Shown one piece after another: positions 27,808 to 32,000 of a stretch of DNA of 32,000 bases. This DNA comes from Haloquadratum walsbyi C23. Its GTDB lineage: Archaea; Halobacteriota; Halobacteria; Halobacteriales; Haloferacaceae. The DNA lies in the NCBI RefSeq assembly GCF_000237865.1, contig NC_017459.1, positions 1,710,001-1,742,000 on the forward strand, given 5' to 3'. The notes below the pieces were generated by a model that saw only the letters and a list, made by a program, of their open reading frames with translations, was not told where the DNA came from and made no database searches. Numbering within the stretch: position 1 is the first letter of the stretch; each line of letters starts with the position of its first letter. The position numbers and the translations under genes were made by a program.

Positions 27808-27924
27808 TGATTTGAGTTATTTTGCGGTGACACTCGAGCAATCACGCGTATTCAACGGGCATCTTCGTATCAACTATGAGACGGTCAAGCCCCGACTACT
27901 GAGAATATGTCGCCAACTATTATT

Positions 27925-28164
27925 TCAGTCGTCTGTGAAAGCAATCTCATCAATTTCGTGACGAGGGTTTTCGTCATCGTCATCCTCATATTTATAACTC
28001 ACATCTTCCTCTTCATCTGCCGTTGCATTATGTGACCCATCGCAGTACGGCTTGTTATTTGAGAGACCGCAAGCACAAAGATATGCAGTTCCGCCCTGCT
28101 CTTCAAGATCATCTTCATCAAGCGGTGTCGGTCCATTTGCCTCGTGTGTGACTTCTCGTGACAT
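27925..28164 (-). CDS. CDGSH-type iron-sulfur domain protein
   Basis: The motif [19 protein letters not shown] is the C-x-C-x2-[ST]-x3-P-x-C-D-G-[SA]-H signature. The tail is acidic. Confidence 0.85.
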   Translation of the reverse strand: MSREVTHEANGPTPLDEDDLEEQGGTAYLCACGLSNNKPYCDGSHNATADEEEDVSYKYEDDDDENPRHEIDEIAFTDD

Positions 28165-28379
28165 ATATTATATATCGACATCAAGACACAAGAGTCCTCC
28201 GCGGCATATAATCTATGGTTATAATATCAATATATAACACACCCGTAATGAGATTCGAAATGATACTATCTATACAATAGTTCGGTATCTTAGCATTCTC
28301 CTTGCCCTGGAGAGCGAGGTTTTCGGCTTGCATCCCCGATAATGGAGATTACGACAGGATTCAACAGCGATAGGCGCAG

Positions 28380-29327
28380 TTATGTATCAGTATGATCAAG
28401 ATGCTCAGCGACAATTTCAAGCACTTCATATCCGTCATGCCCGGCGATTAACGGAATTGTCGTCACTGGTTGGTCGAACTGCTCTTGAGTCCGTTGTAAC
28501 ACCTTTTGTTGGCTTTCTCGGCGGGTACTACAAAGCGTACATGATGTATCAATATCGGTGAGCACTTTATTGACGACAATTTGATCAACATGGACCGAAG
28601 CACTCTCAAGTCGTTCGAGTAATCGTTCAGTCTCAAGTCGTGAGAGTCGTTCAGGTTCCATGACAACTCGAAAGCGGGTCTGATCTGGGTTCTGAAGAAC
28701 CGTAGCAACACGCTCAATACGGGATTTTGTTGAGTCAACATCGATATCTGAGAGTCCACGCTCTCGGTCGTCACTCCCACCGGTAAAAAATCCACTCACC
28801 GCGTTTGTCACACTTTCAACCTGCGATTTTACCTGCAATGCTTTGCCAAATGTTGAATCAAGGATATCGGGAAGTTGGAGAAGTTTAAGTGTATGTCCGG
28901 TTGGAGCTGTATCGAAGACAACGTGATCCCATGTATCATCGCCAATATACTGACTGAATGCGTCGACGACAGCAAGTTCATCGCTGCCAATAACATCACC
29001 AGCGTCAATTCCAAATGTATCACCAATATCGACGCCGAGATTCTCAATCTCATTTGTCAACGCGTCAATCGTATCTGCATAATTATCATCAAGTCGCTGT
29101 TGAGGGTCAATCTCAGCAGCATACAGCGGGTACGTGTCGTGAACCGATGTTGGTGTAGCACCGACACTCATCTCAAATCGGTCTCCGACTGAATGGGCAG
29201 GGTCTGTTGAAACCACAAGTGTCCGCTTCCCATGGCGGGCGTTGGCGAGTGCTGTTGCCGACGCACAAGTGGTCTTGCCGACACCGCCCTTTCCACCATA
29301 TAAAGTAAATTCGGGCATTACCATCAC
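28380..29327 (-). CDS. arsA: ArsA/Get3-family ATPase
   Basis: The deviant Walker A is YGGKGGVGKTTCASATA. The ArsA signature is VVSTDPAHSVGD and the switch region is VVFDTAPTGHTLKLLQLP. The track start is GTG 29327, with ATGs at 29324 and 29318. Confidence 0.9.
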   Translation of the reverse strand: MMVMPEFTLYGGKGGVGKTTCASATALANARHGKRTLVVSTDPAHSVGDRFEMSVGATPTSVHDTYPLYAAEIDPQQRLDDNYADTIDALTNEIENLGVDIGDTFGIDAGDVIGSDELAVVDAFSQYIGDDTWDHVVFDTAPTGHTLKLLQLPDILDSTFGKALQVKSQVESVTNAVSGFFTGGSDDRERGLSDIDVDSTKSRIERVATVLQNPDQTRFRVVMEPERLSRLETERLLERLESASVHVDQIVVNKVLTDIDTSCTLCSTRRESQQKVLQRTQEQFDQPVTTIPLIAGHDGYEVLEIVAEHLDHTDT

Positions 29328-29640
29328 ATGGACCCCAGTGTGTATATGTCACGCGGACCAGCCGTGATGACATATTTAGAATATGATACGATGTAATCAA
29401 ATATAGTACTACGTAGTATATTCTACTTTTTACGCCAAACCGTGAATTGAATCATAGATATATGCCACAAATGCCTGAGAGTATACTCATATTCACGTTC
29501 CACACACGGGATAAAGTACCTCTACTTCTGGGACGCTTGCCGTATTTTATCTACAGAATCCTCACAGGCGAATTGATACTCCCACTATCGTTGATATCAG
29601 AATATGCACCTAGATATCCGGTTATCGGGATAGTCAGAAG

Positions 29641-31209
29641 TTATAGCGTCCCTGCGCGTTCCATTTCGCGAAGATCCGAAACACGTTCTCTGATATTCTC
29701 CATCTCGCCATCCTCGCGTTTGTTATCCACATGGCTGTACATCAGCCCCATTCGATGGTTGCTTCGAAGGGTCTCCTCATTTCGATCAAGGAAGTCCCAG
29801 TATAGTGCGTTAAACGGACAGGCACCATCGCCCGTATCTTTTGTCTTATAATACTTACATTCACCACAGTAATCACTCATTTTATCGATATAATTCGCTG
29901 AGGAGACATACGGCTTGGTCGCAAAGACTCCCTCTCCGTATTGTCCCATTTCAACGACATTTGGCGTCGTAACCCAGTGGTATGCATCAACATATGTTGC
30001 GTTAAACCATTCATTCAATTCGCTTGGGTCAGCACCCCACAGCGTTGCAAAGTTTGCAAGCACCATCAGTCGCTGTATGTGATGTGAGTATCCGCGTTGT
30101 TTGACATCATCAACCGTTTCGCCAAGGCAAGCCATGTTTGTTTCTCCTGACCAATATGCTGATGGAAGATCATGCTGCGCATCAAGTTGATTTGCTGAGC
30201 CAAGTTCAGGCATTGTATGGCGGTAAACATGTCGCATGAATTCTCGCCATCCAAGCATTTGTCTGATGACGCCTTCAACCGAATTCAGTGGAATATCGTC
30301 GCGATTATGATATGCAGTTTCGATTTCTTGGATTACCTCAACAGGATGGAGCAATCCAAGGTTTATTGAACTGCCTAACAATGCATGTGACATTGCCCAA
30401 TCTTCACGTCGCATTGCATCCTGATACGGACCAAATGATGGAATCCGCTCAGAGATAAAATGATGCAGTTTCTCAAGTGCCTGTTCGCGAGTAACTGGCC
30501 AGATGAGTGAGTCTGTGTCTCCCCATGTATCAAACGTTGATTCGACCCATGACATGGTTTCTGTTGTGAGCTCATCATGCTCTGGGTCATATACTGGCGG
30601 TGACTCCCAATCATCTGGAGGGAAGTCCCTGTTTTCATCATCATAATTCCACTCGCCGCCAACAGGATCTCCATCATTCATCAATACACCGCTTTTCCCT
30701 CGCATCCATCGATAGAATGTCTCGTGTCTGAATGGATCGGTATCTGAATTATTCGCCCACTCATCAAAAGCTGTTGTTGTCCCAACAAAGAGTTCGTTCT
30801 CGACAGATCGATACTGCCCACCAACATCTTCAACGAGTTCATCAAACCGCATCGCGCTATTATAGCTTGGTGAGCGCATCTGTATGAGTTCATCATCAGG
30901 ATACCGTTCAAAATACTCCGCAAGAGCATCGCTGAACGTGGGTGCTTTGAAATAAACGACATCATATCCCGCATCCTCAAGTTCATCTCTGAAATGTCGC
31001 ATCCCACTAAACATGATTGCGAGTTTATCATGATGATACGATTTTCGTCGTGCAAAATTATGTGCCTCAATCAACAAAACACGGGATCCAGAAGGTGCCC
31101 GTGCGAGCGGACCAACATCAGGATGGAGTTGGGTGCCAAGAATCCACGGCACTGTTGTCTTACCATCCACCTCATATGTCGGGGTCTCCCCGACCAGTGG
31201 TTGTATCAT
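29641..31209 (-). CDS. Cryptochrome/photolyase-family protein of the FeS-BCP (PhrB/CryB, (6-4) photolyase-like) class
   Basis: The Cys pattern C...CGEC-x12-C (NMACLGE; DYCGECKYYKTKDTGDGACPFNALYWDF) has the x2 and x12 spacing of the [4Fe-4S] ligands in PhrB-type enzymes. LGWREFMRHVY and GYSHHIQRLMVLANF are typical of the family. Confidence 0.9.
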   Translation of the reverse strand: MIQPLVGETPTYEVDGKTTVPWILGTQLHPDVGPLARAPSGSRVLLIEAHNFARRKSYHHDKLAIMFSGMRHFRDELEDAGYDVVYFKAPTFSDALAEYFERYPDDELIQMRSPSYNSAMRFDELVEDVGGQYRSVENELFVGTTTAFDEWANNSDTDPFRHETFYRWMRGKSGVLMNDGDPVGGEWNYDDENRDFPPDDWESPPVYDPEHDELTTETMSWVESTFDTWGDTDSLIWPVTREQALEKLHHFISERIPSFGPYQDAMRREDWAMSHALLGSSINLGLLHPVEVIQEIETAYHNRDDIPLNSVEGVIRQMLGWREFMRHVYRHTMPELGSANQLDAQHDLPSAYWSGETNMACLGETVDDVKQRGYSHHIQRLMVLANFATLWGADPSELNEWFNATYVDAYHWVTTPNVVEMGQYGEGVFATKPYVSSANYIDKMSDYCGECKYYKTKDTGDGACPFNALYWDFLDRNEETLRSNHRMGLMYSHVDNKREDGEMENIRERVSDLREMERAGTL

Positions 31210-31486
31210 TATATCTTATACTGGCTAGACAGCAATATCAGTTATCCAATCTTGCATTTGCGTACTGCAATTCTTACTTTAATATGAAACAGTCATGAAT
31301 TAAACTGAGCACTACCCAAGTTGATGAACTGACGCAAGATCATATCCGCCTTGTACTGCGCATGAGTGTGGAGTAGCTCATACCATCAGGTAACGTATCT
31401 TCTCAAATATCATTATTCTCTGATTCGTATTCTGATAGATACTATCCAGTTTTCAAATAACAGAAAGTTATTATCGATGTTTCAGT

Positions 31487-31990
31487 TTATGCCCCAGGAC
31501 CAAGTCCGGCAATATCAGCACTCACTGTTGCAAGTGCATCGGCAGGATTTCGCTCAGCGTCTACAACATGCGTCCAGTGATGATCTGGAAATTCACCAAG
31601 TAACGTATTAATCACACGTCGGTAGTCTGTGAATTCTTCCCGAGTCGCACCCTGCCAGATGTCACCAATGACTGTCATCGAATCAATCCGAATCTCAAGC
31701 GGCGATACCCCATATCGTGTGAGAACACAGGCAAGTCCAAGATGAAGTGCAGCGTACTCAGCGGTGTTATTCCCTGTTCGTGACCCAACTGGTCGTCCAA
31801 CTCGACATAACACCGTTTCATCCGGCGTTTCAACGACAGCCCCTGCTCCTGCTGGTCCTGGGTTCCCCCGAGAACTGCCGTCTGTATACAGTATGAGCTT
31901 CTCAAAATCATGATCACCTAACTGATGAGACGCCTGGATATCGACGGTCGTCTCAAGAACGGTGTCGATTGCATTTCGTCGCTCATCCAT
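31487..31990 (-). CDS. rnhA: Ribonuclease HI
   Basis: The motifs are ILYTDGSSRGNPGPAGAGAVV (first catalytic Asp), NNTAEYAALHLGL (Glu) and a C-terminal ...NPADALA (Asp). The N-terminal extension is short. Confidence 0.85.
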   Translation of the reverse strand: MDERRNAIDTVLETTVDIQASHQLGDHDFEKLILYTDGSSRGNPGPAGAGAVVETPDETVLCRVGRPVGSRTGNNTAEYAALHLGLACVLTRYGVSPLEIRIDSMTVIGDIWQGATREEFTDYRRVINTLLGEFPDHHWTHVVDAERNPADALATVSADIAGLGPGA

Positions 31991-32000
31991 CGTTGTTCCT

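Noticed and set aside
28463-31298. Internal and antisense ORFs within arsA and the photolyase gene (e.g. 28463..28795 -, 28875..29192 +, 30681..31070 -, 29447..29851 +).
   Set aside because: They overlap CDSs with strong motifs and have non-halophilic composition.

Overview
The window reads as a chromosomal segment of a low-GC haloarchaeon. Intergenic DNA is AT-rich, proteins are strongly acidic and D/E/T-rich, and haloarchaeal families are present (PGF-pre-PGF motif, 7TM-PAS histidine kinase, IS1341-type tnpB). A Haloquadratum-like genome is my guess, by inference only. There are four blocks. (1) 1-13.9 kb is a cell-surface gene island. It holds a SipW/Sec11-type signal peptidase, a DUF5305-like membrane protein, two paralogous TasA/camelysin-like (possibly DUF1102-family) secreted proteins and a third cryptic small paralog. 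It also holds two FG-GAP/beta-propeller proteins carrying the same leader module and a 769-aa PKD/PGF-pre-PGF membrane protein. This is my best candidate for an undescribed system: a haloarchaeal TasA-like extracellular fibre or matrix machinery. (2) 14-20 kb encodes a membrane-tethered wHTH protein, a degenerate KaiC/RecA-like acidic protein, a coiled-coil zinc-ribbon protein and a 7TM-PAS-PAS histidine kinase. (3) 20.4-21.8 kb is a visibly GC-richer, heavily decayed IS1341-type tnpB pseudogene. (4) 22-32 kb encodes housekeeping and metabolic genes: SAM methyltransferase, PTPS-like protein, MDR dehydrogenase, GTP cyclohydrolase III, sulfatase-like protein, CDGSH protein, ArsA/Get3, FeS-BCP photolyase and RNase HI. 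I recognised no rRNA, tRNA or CRISPR array. All family assignments come from motif recognition by eye and from memory; no searches were run.
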